A stretch of DNA of 33,217 nucleotides, taken from a virus. Positions 1 to 7,133 of the stretch are shown in pieces. Position 1 is the stretch's first letter. Every line of letters starts with the position of its first letter. Under the pieces are notes generated by a model. The model did not search any database and was not told where the DNA came from. It was given only the letters and a program-made list of their open reading frames with translations. Position numbers and translations under genes: made by a program. Where the stretch lies: the IMG/VR virus record IMGVR_UViG_3300020185_000005, positions 1-33,217 of that record; one strand, given 5' to 3'.

Positions 1-127
1 TACAAGAGCAAATTCAGCTATTGATACAAGAGTTACTAAAGCATTTGTTGATGCACTAGGAATACAAGCATCAAGTGTAGATGCTAACTCAGTAACACTT
101 GGAACTGATACAGTGGGTAACTATGTT
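1..127. repeat. Exact 127-bp copy of the window end (33091..33217); circularisation overlap
   Basis: Base-by-base reading shows 1..127 is identical to 33091..33217. It lies inside an open reading frame that continues in phase across the junction. Confidence 0.95.
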
Positions 128-2470
128 GCAACAGTAACTGGTACTGCTAACAAGATTACAGTGTCAGGTAGTGGAAGTGAGTCTGCAAATATAACGCTAA
201 CACTACCTGATGACGTGCAAATTGCAGATAGCTTAACAGTAGCAGGTAATCTTACTGTTAATGGAACTCTAACGTCCCTAGACACAACCAATTTAGATAT
301 AGAAGATAACCTATTCCAGCTTAATGCAGGTCTTACAGGAAGTCCTGTTAATGATTCAGGTATGCTTATCAATAGAGGTAATTTAGACAATGGCATCTTT
401 ATGTGGGATGAATCTGTTGATAAATTCACAATGGGTCTTACTACAGCAGATGGTAGTGCTACAGGAAACATAACACTTAATTCACTTGGAACTTTAGTAG
501 TTAATGTTGAAGGTAACTTAACAGGTACTATTCAAACAGCAGCTCAACCTAATATTACAAGTGTTGGTACGCTTACAGGTTTAACAACTACAGGCGATAT
601 CAACTTTGGCGATAACGACAAAGCTATCTTTGGAGCTAGTTCAGATTTACAGATTTATCATGATGGTTCAGATAGCTATGTAAAGGATGCTGGTGCTGGA
701 TACTTAAATTTACTTGGGACGGGTAGGGTTGTAGTTGGGCATCCGTCTAATGGTGATGTATATCTAAACGCTAATTATGGTGGCGATGTTGAGCTTTTCT
801 TTAACAACAGCAAAAAGTTTGAAACAACCTCAACAGGCATAGACGTAACAGGTACAGCCACGATGGATGGTTTGACTGTTGATGGAACTGGTACAGAAGT
901 AATCTCAGTAAACTCAACAGCAAATGGTTCACAGATTGCTTTTGACAGTGCAACAACATCCTCTGATTGGCTTGTTGGTATTGCCAATGATGCAACCGAT
1001 GACTTTTTAATTTATCAAGGTGGTGCAGGCACTGGAGATATTAGACTATACACTGATGGAACAGAACGTTTAACAGTTTTACATGGTGGCAACGTTGGAA
1101 TTGGTAATACTAGTCCTGATACCTTGCTAAACATTGCTTCAGCATCCGCACCTACTATAAGAATAGAAAATACTGATATTTCTCTTGATGACGGACAGGT
1201 TATAGGAGCTGTAGAATTTTACAAAGCAGACGGCAGTGGTGCAGGTGCAGGTGTAGTTGGTGGAATGCAACTACTTTCGACCAATAGCACAGGTGCAGAA
1301 ACTAGCCTTACCTTTGGCACGTCTAGAGCTGCTGATGGTAACAATGTAGAAAGACTCCGAATTGATGCATCAGGAAACGTTGGTATTGGTACGAGTTCGC
1401 CAACTAATACTTTAGAAATTGCAAGTGATACTGACAATAGTGGGATTACAATATATAACGATTATGGTTCTGGTGGGCGTAATGCAAGAATTGGGTTCAA
1501 ATCATTAAATGGATATGATGCCTCTAGTGTTTTGGCTGCAGTTACAGCATCACCTGACAGTTCATCAAACACTGCTACTTCTTTAGTATTTTCTACATCA
1601 GGAAACAATAGTATTTCATCTGCTGGGCTTACAGAAAGAGTCCGCATAGACTCATCAGGCAACTTGTTGGTGGGACAAACTAATGCAAGTAGCGGAACTG
1701 TTGGAACAAGTCTTCGTGCTGATGGTAGAACTTTCTTTTGTGCTGATGGTAATTATGCTGCACATTTTAATAGAAATACATCTGACGGAGCAATAGCTCA
1801 CTTTGCAAAAGACGATTCAATAGTTGGAAGTATTGGTAGCCTCTCTGGTGTTGTTACTGAAATAGTTTTAGACCCTAGAACAAATGGTGCTTCACTTACT
1901 GGAGGAACAAATAAAATATCTCCAGGAAACCAAAGTGGTGCGCTTGACGCCCATTTAGACCTTGGAAGCATAAACAACCGCTTCAAAGACCTCTACCTTT
2001 CAGGCGGTGCTTATCTAGGCGGTACAGGTTCGGCAAACTATCTTGACGATTATGAAGAAGGTACTTTTACGCCTACATTAACAACTGATGGGACAGATTT
2101 TACAAGCGTTACTTATGATGCAAGAACAGGTGGTTCTTATACTAAAGTTGGTCGTTTAGTGCATTTTCAATTAACAGTAGTTACAGATGCAATTACAGTA
2201 GGTTCAGCTTCAGGTGGGGCTGTAATTGGTGGATTACCTTTTACACCCGCTACTGTATCAGGAGCAGGAACTGACCAATATACTGCTGTTTCTGTAACAT
2301 TTGGTTCAAATTGGAATGCTGCTAACAACCCTACTTCAGCTAGAGTGAATGAAACATCAGCATATATTAATTTGTATAGAGATGGCACAACAACAATAGC
2401 AGTTGCAGATGCACAAACTGGTGCTAATGATAACTATATTAATATTGCAGGAACTTATACAACAACATAA
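1..2470 (+). CDS. Tail fibre, 3' part (continuation of 31646..33217; whole gene ~1304 aa on the circular molecule)
   Basis: The frame is open from base 2 and is the same phase (mod 3 = 2) as the ORF running off the right end. The GTG at 113 in the ORF track is internal. The protein is G/S/T/N-rich with repeated E-R-L-R-I-D-x-S-G-N-V-G-I-G-T-x-S-P modules. Near the C-terminus it carries NRFKDLYLSGG and LDDYEEGTFTP, which I recall as typical of phage fibre receptor-binding ends. Confidence 0.85.
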   Translation, partial: TRANSAIDTRVTKAFVDALGIQASSVDANSVTLGTDTVGNYVATVTGTANKITVSGSGSESANITLTLPDDVQIADSLTVAGNLTVNGTLTSLDTTNLDIEDNLFQLNAGLTGSPVNDSGMLINRGNLDNGIFMWDESVDKFTMGLTTADGSATGNITLNSLGTLVVNVEGNLTGTIQTAAQPNITSVGTLTGLTTTGDINFGDNDKAIFGASSDLQIYHDGSDSYVKDAGAGYLNLLGTGRVVVGHPSNGDVYLNANYGGDVELFFNNSKKFETTSTGIDVTGTATMDGLTVDGTGTEVISVNSTANGSQIAFDSATTSSDWLVGIANDATDDFLIYQGGAGTGDIRLYTDGTERLTVLHGGNVGIGNTSPDTLLNIASASAPTIRIENTDISLDDGQVIGAVEFYKADGSGAGAGVVGGMQLLSTNSTGAETSLTFGTSRAADGNNVERLRIDASGNVGIGTSSPTNTLEIASDTDNSGITIYNDYGSGGRNARIGFKSLNGYDASSVLAAVTASPDSSSNTATSLVFSTSGNNSISSAGLTERVRIDSSGNLLVGQTNASSGTVGTSLRADGRTFFCADGNYAAHFNRNTSDGAIAHFAKDDSIVGSIGSLSGVVTEIVLDPRTNGASLTGGTNKISPGNQSGALDAHLDLGSINNRFKDLYLSGGAYLGGTGSANYLDDYEEGTFTPTLTTDGTDFTSVTYDARTGGSYTKVGRLVHFQLTVVTDAITVGSASGGAVIGGLPFTPATVSGAGTDQYTAVSVTFGSNWNAANNPTSARVNETSAYINLYRDGTTTIAVADAQTGANDNYINIAGTYTTT

Positions 2471-2484
2471 CAATTTAACTAATA

Positions 2485-2504
2485 TACCTAGTGGATTCTA
2501 GGTA
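2485..2504 (+). terminator. Hairpin downstream of the tail-fibre stop (TACCTAG-tggatt-CTAGGTA)
   Basis: There is a 7-bp perfect stem with a 6-nt loop 15 nt after the stop at 2470. No U-tract follows, so terminator function is uncertain. Confidence 0.3.
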
Positions 2505-2525
2505 CGGACATAGGAGAAAATAAAA

Positions 2526-2819
2526 ATGGCAATAACAAAAGAAATAGTAGAAGATAAAATAGAAGTTGTAGGAGACTACAAAACTATACAAATAAGAACA
2601 GCTACAGTCATCAAAGAAGATGGTGTAGAGCTTAGTAGGTCTTTTCATAGACACGCATTAGAATGTGTAAGCTCTGTAAAGAACGATGACGATACTTGGA
2701 CTCATACAGATACAGACGTATCAGGAGAGTCTACAGAGGTTCAAGGCATTGCAACAGCAGTGTGGACAGATGAGGTTAAAGAAGCAAAGAAACTTGCTAA
2801 TGAAAGTTCATCATTATAA
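2526..2819 (+). CDS. Hypothetical protein (97 aa)
   Basis: An ATG is preceded by TAGGAG (2511..2516). The protein is acidic and I recognise no motif. Confidence 0.6.
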   Translation: MAITKEIVEDKIEVVGDYKTIQIRTATVIKEDGVELSRSFHRHALECVSSVKNDDDTWTHTDTDVSGESTEVQGIATAVWTDEVKEAKKLANESSSL

Positions 2820-2865
2820 TTTCTTAGTATATAATTTAATTTTAAATAACTTATAGGAGAGTTAA

Positions 2866-3129
2866 ATGAGTAAAGAAGAAAATAAAATGGAAAACCAAGA
2901 ACCAGTAATAATTACATTTAATAACGTAGAGTACAGAGCTTCTGATTTAAACGAAGAGCAAATGGCACTTGCTGCTAAGTTAAACATTGCTGGTAAAAAA
3001 CTAGCTAGACTTCAAGAATACTATGATGATTATGTCATTACTGATGAATATAAGAATCTATGTATCCAATCATTTGATAGAGCTATCAATGCTACAAATG
3101 AAGAGGTTGAGGTAGTAGAGGAAGAATAA
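2866..3129 (+). CDS. Hypothetical protein (87 aa), acidic C-terminus
   Basis: An ATG is preceded by ATAGGAGAG. The stop overlaps the next start (TAATG). Confidence 0.6.
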   Translation: MSKEENKMENQEPVIITFNNVEYRASDLNEEQMALAAKLNIAGKKLARLQEYYDDYVITDEYKNLCIQSFDRAINATNEEVEVVEEE

Positions 3130-3329
3130 TGGCTGCTCGTAAGACCGCTAATGATGTACATTCAGACCTAAGGGTTCATGAGAAAATGTGCGAAGAACGT
3201 TGGAAAACCATTTATAGAAAAACTGATGATTTACAAGCATCAGTAAATAGTATGAAGGGTTGGTTATTAGCTGGTCTTACAACAATACTAATTAGTATGT
3301 TTACTCTAGTCCTTAGAGGTTTAATTTAA
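3129..3329 (+). CDS. Small membrane protein with a single C-terminal TM; possible lysis-cassette component
   Basis: The start is TAATG-coupled and a GAGGAAG RBS lies upstream. The hydrophobic stretch GWLLAGLTTILISMFTLVL is at the C-terminus. The gene sits immediately upstream of the holin and lysozyme. Confidence 0.55.
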   Translation: MAARKTANDVHSDLRVHEKMCEERWKTIYRKTDDLQASVNSMKGWLLAGLTTILISMFTLVLRGLI

Positions 3330-3342
3330 TCTTAATTAATAT

Positions 3343-3714
3343 ATGATAGACAAACTTATCGAACCAGTTAGCAACATTTTAGATAAATTTGTTGCTGATA
3401 AAGATTTAAAAACAAAACTATCTCATGAACTTGAGAAAGAAATAATATCGCTTAACAAAGCACAATTAGAAGTTAATAAAGTTGAAGCACAACACAATAA
3501 TATATTTGTTTCAGGCTGGCGCCCATTTATTGGTTGGTGTTGCGGTCTATCACTCGCTTATCATTTTATCTTAGAACCTGTTATACAATATATTCTTATT
3601 GTTAACGGTATTCAATATGATACGCCTGAATTTGATTTTAGCCAATTATCTACAATCGTTATGGCTATGCTTGGTATGTCAACACTTAGAACCTACGAAA
3701 AAACCAAAAAGTAA
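3343..3714 (+). CDS. Holin (3-TM / GTA-type holin-like)
   Basis: An N-terminal amphipathic region is followed by VNKVEAQHNNIFVSGWRPFIGWCCGLSLAYHF. This matches my recollection of the EA...F.sGWRP.vGW signature of the 'holin of 3TMs' family. There is a further TM at STIVMAMLGMSTL. The gene directly precedes the lysozyme. Confidence 0.65.
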   Translation: MIDKLIEPVSNILDKFVADKDLKTKLSHELEKEIISLNKAQLEVNKVEAQHNNIFVSGWRPFIGWCCGLSLAYHFILEPVIQYILIVNGIQYDTPEFDFSQLSTIVMAMLGMSTLRTYEKTKK

Positions 3715-3715
3715 A

Positions 3716-4162
3716 ATGAAAGATCTTGTCAAAGAACGGTTAATACAATGGGAAGCATTAGTTTTAAAACCGTACGAATGTTCACAAGGTTATACAACTA
3801 TTGGTGTTGGAAGAAATCTTGAAACAAACGGCATATCAAAAGAAGAAGCTATGTATCTTTTAGATAATGATATAGACAGCGTAATAAAAAAACTAAATAA
3901 ACACTGGCCTTTGTGGTCTACATTTCCAGAAGAAGCTAAAGCTATTATTATGGACTTAGTATTTAATATGGGAATAAACACCTGGCTTTCGTTTCGAAAA
4001 ACCAGGGCTTATATGGAACTTGGAGAATGGGAAAAAGCGGGTAAAGAATTATTAAATTCAAAATATGCACAACAAGTTGGAAGACGTGCAATATTTAATT
4101 CAGAAGAGTTAAAAAAATGCCAACAAAAAGTTCAGACGACCATCAGCGAAACTCAAGAGTAG
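3716..4162 (+). CDS. Endolysin, T4-type lysozyme (GH24)
   Basis: The sequence WEALVLKPYECSQGYTTIGVGRNL aligns with T4 lysozyme [23 protein letters not shown]. The catalytic Glu (E13) and the Thr26 equivalent (T28) are present, and Cys22 occupies the Asp20 position. I chose the ATG at 3716, 2 nt after the holin stop, rather than the track start at 3599, which overlaps the holin. Confidence 0.85.
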   Translation: MKDLVKERLIQWEALVLKPYECSQGYTTIGVGRNLETNGISKEEAMYLLDNDIDSVIKKLNKHWPLWSTFPEEAKAIIMDLVFNMGINTWLSFRKTRAYMELGEWEKAGKELLNSKYAQQVGRRAIFNSEELKKCQQKVQTTISETQE

Positions 4163-4569
4163 GGGCATTTGCTGAATCATTAGTACAGACTTTTTTGCTG
4201 GAATACTGTGATTTCTGTTTTCCTTGTCAAGATAAACATCCAGCAGATTTAGTCTGTGAGCTTGGACCCGCTATGTATACCGTTCAAGTTAAAGCCAGGA
4301 GCAAAACGCCAGAAGGTAAATATGTTTTTGTTTCTGATAATTCTAGAAATCAAAGCGAAATATATAAAAACTATCATTGTGATATTTTAGCTTTTGTATT
4401 TATGCCTGAAAAAAGGATCTTATTTAAAGCTAACTCTAGCTCTCAAACATACTTTACTTTTGATCAGAAAATATTTAACGATAAATTAGAAATAGATTCA
4501 TTTCATGAAACATTAAAAACTTTATCTGAAGTTCCGGTCGTCCGACCGATTATAGATGAGGCTGATTAA
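4117..4569 (+). CDS. PD-(D/E)xK-fold nuclease-like protein
   Basis: The pattern is GAFAESLV...(helix)...HPADLVCEL...YTVQVKA, i.e. D-x(n)-Q/E-x-K, followed by CDILAFVF. This resembles Hjc/PDDEXK_5-like small endonucleases. It overlaps the lysozyme 3' end by 46 nt. Confidence 0.5.
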   Translation: MPTKSSDDHQRNSRVGAFAESLVQTFLLEYCDFCFPCQDKHPADLVCELGPAMYTVQVKARSKTPEGKYVFVSDNSRNQSEIYKNYHCDILAFVFMPEKRILFKANSSSQTYFTFDQKIFNDKLEIDSFHETLKTLSEVPVVRPIIDEAD

Positions 4570-4663
4570 AATATGGAGATATTGAGTAAGGAGTAGTATT
4601 ATTTTATTATCAGCCTCTTAATTATTCTACTTTAAACGCCCTTAATATAATACGAATAAATAC

Positions 4664-4703
4664 ATATAAAAAGGTATACAATTATATATATCCTCGATAT
4701 AAT
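4664..4703 (+). promoter_or_regulatory. Promoter-like cassette, copy 1: ATATAAAAAGGTATAC + 18 nt + TATAAT
   Basis: The 16-nt motif at 4664..4679 is identical to 14229..14244. TATAAT lies at 4698..4703. The conserved leader/RBS TTAAGGAGTTAA at 4723..4734 precedes the ATG at 4740. The cassette sits in a 170-nt intergenic gap at the start of the early gene block. Confidence 0.45.
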
Positions 4704-4739
4704 TTATTTATGTTAAATAAAATTAAGGAGTTAAATAAC

Positions 4740-4952
4740 ATGAGTAAACAAGATTATATAGAAATAGCCGATATTATCAAACGCAATATGAGAGAACAAT
4801 TTGGTTTTGGTAAAGATGTACATGGTGACACAATATATGATATTTCGCACCCTGATAGAAAAAGTATGATAGATCAATTATGTGATTATTTTAAAAAAAA
4901 TAATCCAAGATTTGATGCAGATAAATTTAAACAATATATAAATTCTAAATAG
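4740..4952 (+). CDS. Hypothetical early protein (70 aa)
   Basis: The ATG at 4740 lies 9 nt after AAGGAG. The track start at 4710 would place the RBS inside the ORF. Confidence 0.65.
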   Translation: MSKQDYIEIADIIKRNMREQFGFGKDVHGDTIYDISHPDRKSMIDQLCDYFKKNNPRFDADKFKQYINSK

Positions 4953-4963
4953 AGGAGTAAATA

Positions 4964-5107
4964 ATGAGATACACACTACAAGTTCAACTACCTAGCTTAG
5001 GCTGGGTGGTTGCTATGAAGACTAGCGACTTATTCTACATGGCTAGTAAGAGAGCTAGATTAATTGCAGAAGGGCATAAGGTTAAATTAACTAAGGAGAG
5101 TAAATAA
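4964..5107 (+). CDS. Hypothetical small protein (47 aa)
   Basis: This ORF is not in the track (<60 aa). GAGGAG lies 7 nt upstream of the ATG. The translation is MRYTLQVQLPSLGWVVAMKTSDLFYMASKRARLIAEGHKVKLTKESK. The stop overlaps the next start (TAATG). Confidence 0.45.
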   Translation: MRYTLQVQLPSLGWVVAMKTSDLFYMASKRARLIAEGHKVKLTKESK

Positions 5108-5196
5108 TGGACTATCAAATATTATTAATATTAGGTTTTATGGCAATTTGCTTATATGCAGTTGCTTTAATTATAAAAGATAAGGATGGTAAATAA
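5107..5196 (+). CDS. Hypothetical 29-aa membrane peptide
   Basis: The translation is MDYQILLILGFMAICLYAVALIIKDKDGK. An AAGGAG RBS lies upstream, and the ORF is TAATG-coupled on both sides. Confidence 0.4.
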   Translation: MDYQILLILGFMAICLYAVALIIKDKDGK

Positions 5197-5375
5197 TGGA
5201 TATACATTTAAATGAAGTTGGAACTACTAAACCATTGATCTTACCTAAAAGATCTATAAGAGGTTATTACAAAGATTTTTTAACAGGTGAAATTAAGGTG
5301 CAAGTTAATGATAAAGAATACTCAGTTAGAGATTCTTTAACTGAAATACAATACTTAATGGGAGTTAATACATGA
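5196..5375 (+). CDS. Hypothetical small protein (59 aa)
   Basis: The start is TAATG-coupled after AAGGATGG. The stop overlaps the next ATG (ATGA at 5372). Confidence 0.5.
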   Translation: MDIHLNEVGTTKPLILPKRSIRGYYKDFLTGEIKVQVNDKEYSVRDSLTEIQYLMGVNT

Positions 5376-5575
5376 ATTTAAATTTAAGTCAACGCAAATT
5401 AAATAAACAAGAAGTAGTTTTTTTATTATGGTTTTTATCTATAACTCCAGATAACCCAATTGAAAATCCTATTGAAGATACAATATTTAACTATGACGGC
5501 ATTGAATATACAGCTAATGATTTTAAAAATTTATACACTAAACTAAAAGCAATACAAAAATCTTATTTATCATGA
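5372..5575 (+). CDS. Hypothetical protein (67 aa)
   Basis: This is a track ORF. GGGAG lies upstream, and it is ATGA-coupled to the next gene. Confidence 0.6.
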   Translation: MNLNLSQRKLNKQEVVFLLWFLSITPDNPIENPIEDTIFNYDGIEYTANDFKNLYTKLKAIQKSYLS

Positions 5576-5796
5576 TACCCATAGAAGACATACCAAAAAT
5601 TACTGAATGGTCGAATAGAATTAAACTACTTGAAGTTAATAACTGGGGCGATCATAAATATACAAAAGTTATTTATAACGATGGAACTATTAAAGTTACT
5701 GATCGATATATAAATAAAGAGCATGAAACACATATTTACCCTTCTGATCTTTCGTTACAAGAATTAGCAAATTTATATTATAGGAGAAAATTATAA
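5572..5796 (+). CDS. Hypothetical protein (74 aa)
   Basis: This is a track ORF, translationally coupled on both sides. Confidence 0.6.
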   Translation: MIPIEDIPKITEWSNRIKLLEVNNWGDHKYTKVIYNDGTIKVTDRYINKEHETHIYPSDLSLQELANLYYRRKL

Positions 5797-6734
5797 TGGT
5801 TGGTAAAAAAACACGATATGACCAAGCTAGTTGTTCAACGCTGCCATATATTAAAGGCATTAGTCAATATCAATCACGAAATGAATGGCTTGATATTGCT
5901 ATTAAAGCTAGTGAAGGCGAATTGCCAAAACAAACCCCTCAGCTTATGCTACAACGCATGGGCGATTTATTAGAACCGGTTTTATGCGAAGAGGCTAAAA
6001 ATATACTTGGCCTTGAAAGCGTAAAAGTAGACTACGAAGAGCCTGTGCATCATCCGATACTCCCTCTATCAGGCTCTTTGGACGCTACTGGTATAGCTAA
6101 AGAATTAACATTTAAAAACGGAGAATATGATCACATTATTATTCCAGAGCAAGAAACAATTGTATTAGACGGACCTGGTGTAATTGAATGTAAGGCTACT
6201 CGTAATGCACCTACTAATGAGCTTGAAGAATGGCGAGGCGTATTGCAAGCTAAAGGTTTAATGGAATGTACTGGCTATGGCTGGGCGGCCGTTATTGTAC
6301 TTTGGCAATCTACAGATTTTAGAATTTATTTATATTCAAGAAAACCTGAATTTAACGAATTATTATCAGCTTTAGTGTTAGATTTTGATTACAGAGTTAA
6401 ACACAAAGAATATTATGCCCCTTCATCAAGCAATGATGCTAACGTTGTATACAAAAATGTTAATAAAGATATAATAACTTTAGGACGTAGTGCTGATATG
6501 TTTTGTGAAGAAATTATTAAAAAGAAAGAGCATATAAAAGAATTAACTGAAGATATTAATGAGCTTGAATTAAAACTAAAAAAACAAATTCAAGATGCTG
6601 ATGGAGGTCAAACAAATCAATACACTATTATGTGGCCAATGATTAATTATAAGGCGCAACCAGAAAAAGTAACGCCAGCTAAAGAAGCTAAACAAGTAAG
6701 GGCTAAAACCCTAAGGATAAAACAACATGGATGA
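5796..6734 (+). CDS. YqaJ/lambda-Exo-type recombination exonuclease (PD-(D/E)xK)
   Basis: An AGGAGAA RBS is present. The motifs LSGSLDATG ... GPGVIECKATRN match the D...(D/E)xK core of YqaJ-like viral recombinases. The C-terminus is a coiled-coil extension. Confidence 0.8.
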   Translation: MVGKKTRYDQASCSTLPYIKGISQYQSRNEWLDIAIKASEGELPKQTPQLMLQRMGDLLEPVLCEEAKNILGLESVKVDYEEPVHHPILPLSGSLDATGIAKELTFKNGEYDHIIIPEQETIVLDGPGVIECKATRNAPTNELEEWRGVLQAKGLMECTGYGWAAVIVLWQSTDFRIYLYSRKPEFNELLSALVLDFDYRVKHKEYYAPSSSNDANVVYKNVNKDIITLGRSADMFCEEIIKKKEHIKELTEDINELELKLKKQIQDADGGQTNQYTIMWPMINYKAQPEKVTPAKEAKQVRAKTLRIKQHG

Positions 6735-6867
6735 GAACCAAATGAAAGCTGTATGGGTAAAACCTGAAACGCATAAGTTATTAAAAGATTATTGTGATGA
6801 GCACGGCAAAAAAATGATTTTTGTTGTTGAACAATTGCTTAAAGAAAAATTAAAAGATAATGTCTAA
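6727..6867 (+). CDS. Small ribbon-helix-helix-like protein (46 aa), possible regulator
   Basis: This ORF is not in the track. The translation is MDENQMKAVWVKPETHKLLKDYCDEHGKKMIFVVEQLLKEKLKDNV. It reads as a short beta-strand followed by two helices, as in Arc/CopG folds. It overlaps the exonuclease stop. Confidence 0.5.
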   Translation: MDENQMKAVWVKPETHKLLKDYCDEHGKKMIFVVEQLLKEKLKDNV

Positions 6868-6985
6868 ATGGCATGGCGGTAAAGGAAGTAAACGCAGGCC
6901 AGAAGATAAAAAAAAAATAAATAATAATTGGGACAAAATATTTAATGCCGGAAAAAATAAAGAAGTCAGTAAAGATAAGAAATAA
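6860..6985 (+). CDS. Hypothetical small basic protein (41 aa)
   Basis: This ORF is not in the track. The translation is MSKWHGGKGSKRRPEDKKKINNNWDKIFNAGKNKEVSKDKK. I recall the GKGS..RP....W..IF pattern from small phage proteins of unknown function. It contains an A10 run at 6908..6917. Confidence 0.4.
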   Translation: MSKWHGGKGSKRRPEDKKKINNNWDKIFNAGKNKEVSKDKK

Positions 6986-7133
6986 AAATACTGGTAAGTA
7001 TGAAATACAACATCATTATTTAAAAAATAGATCAATTAAAGAATTAGAAACTTTAATTAACAATACAAGCACACAACCAAAAATTAAATTAAAAGCCTGT
7101 AGAGAATTAATTAAGAGAGGCAAAATTGGTTAA
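6945..7133 (+). CDS. Hypothetical basic protein (62 aa)
   Basis: This is a track ORF. It overlaps the previous small ORF by 41 nt, so at least one of the two calls is doubtful. Confidence 0.35.
   Translation: MPEKIKKSVKIRNKNTGKYEIQHHYLKNRSIKELETLINNTSTQPKIKLKACRELIKRGKIG

Noticed and set aside
1-127. The terminal 127-bp repeat as a physical direct terminal repeat of the virion DNA
   Set aside because: It lies inside the tail-fibre coding frame. Its length equals a typical assembler k-mer. Nu1/gpA-type terminases imply cos ends elsewhere.
113-2470. The track ORF starting at the GTG at 113 as an independent 785-aa gene
   Set aside because: The frame is open upstream to base 2 and is continuous with 31646..33217 across the 127-bp overlap. 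The GTG is an internal Val codon.
3599-3715. The N-terminal extension of the lysozyme ORF in the track (start at 3599)
   Set aside because: It overlaps the last 116 nt of the holin gene in another frame. The ATG at 3716 gives a protein that aligns from its first residues with T4-type lysozymes.
4558-4617. The 9-bp inverted repeat GAGGCTGAT ... ATCAGCCTC as an intrinsic terminator after gene 4117..4569
   Set aside because: The 42-nt loop is too large for a canonical terminator, and the left arm lies inside the coding sequence. It might still form a structure, but support is weak.
4710-4739. The upstream ATG at 4710 for the first early gene
   Set aside because: The conserved AAGGAG RBS (4725..4730) would lie inside the ORF. 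The ATG at 4740 is correctly spaced and mirrors the arrangement at 14306.
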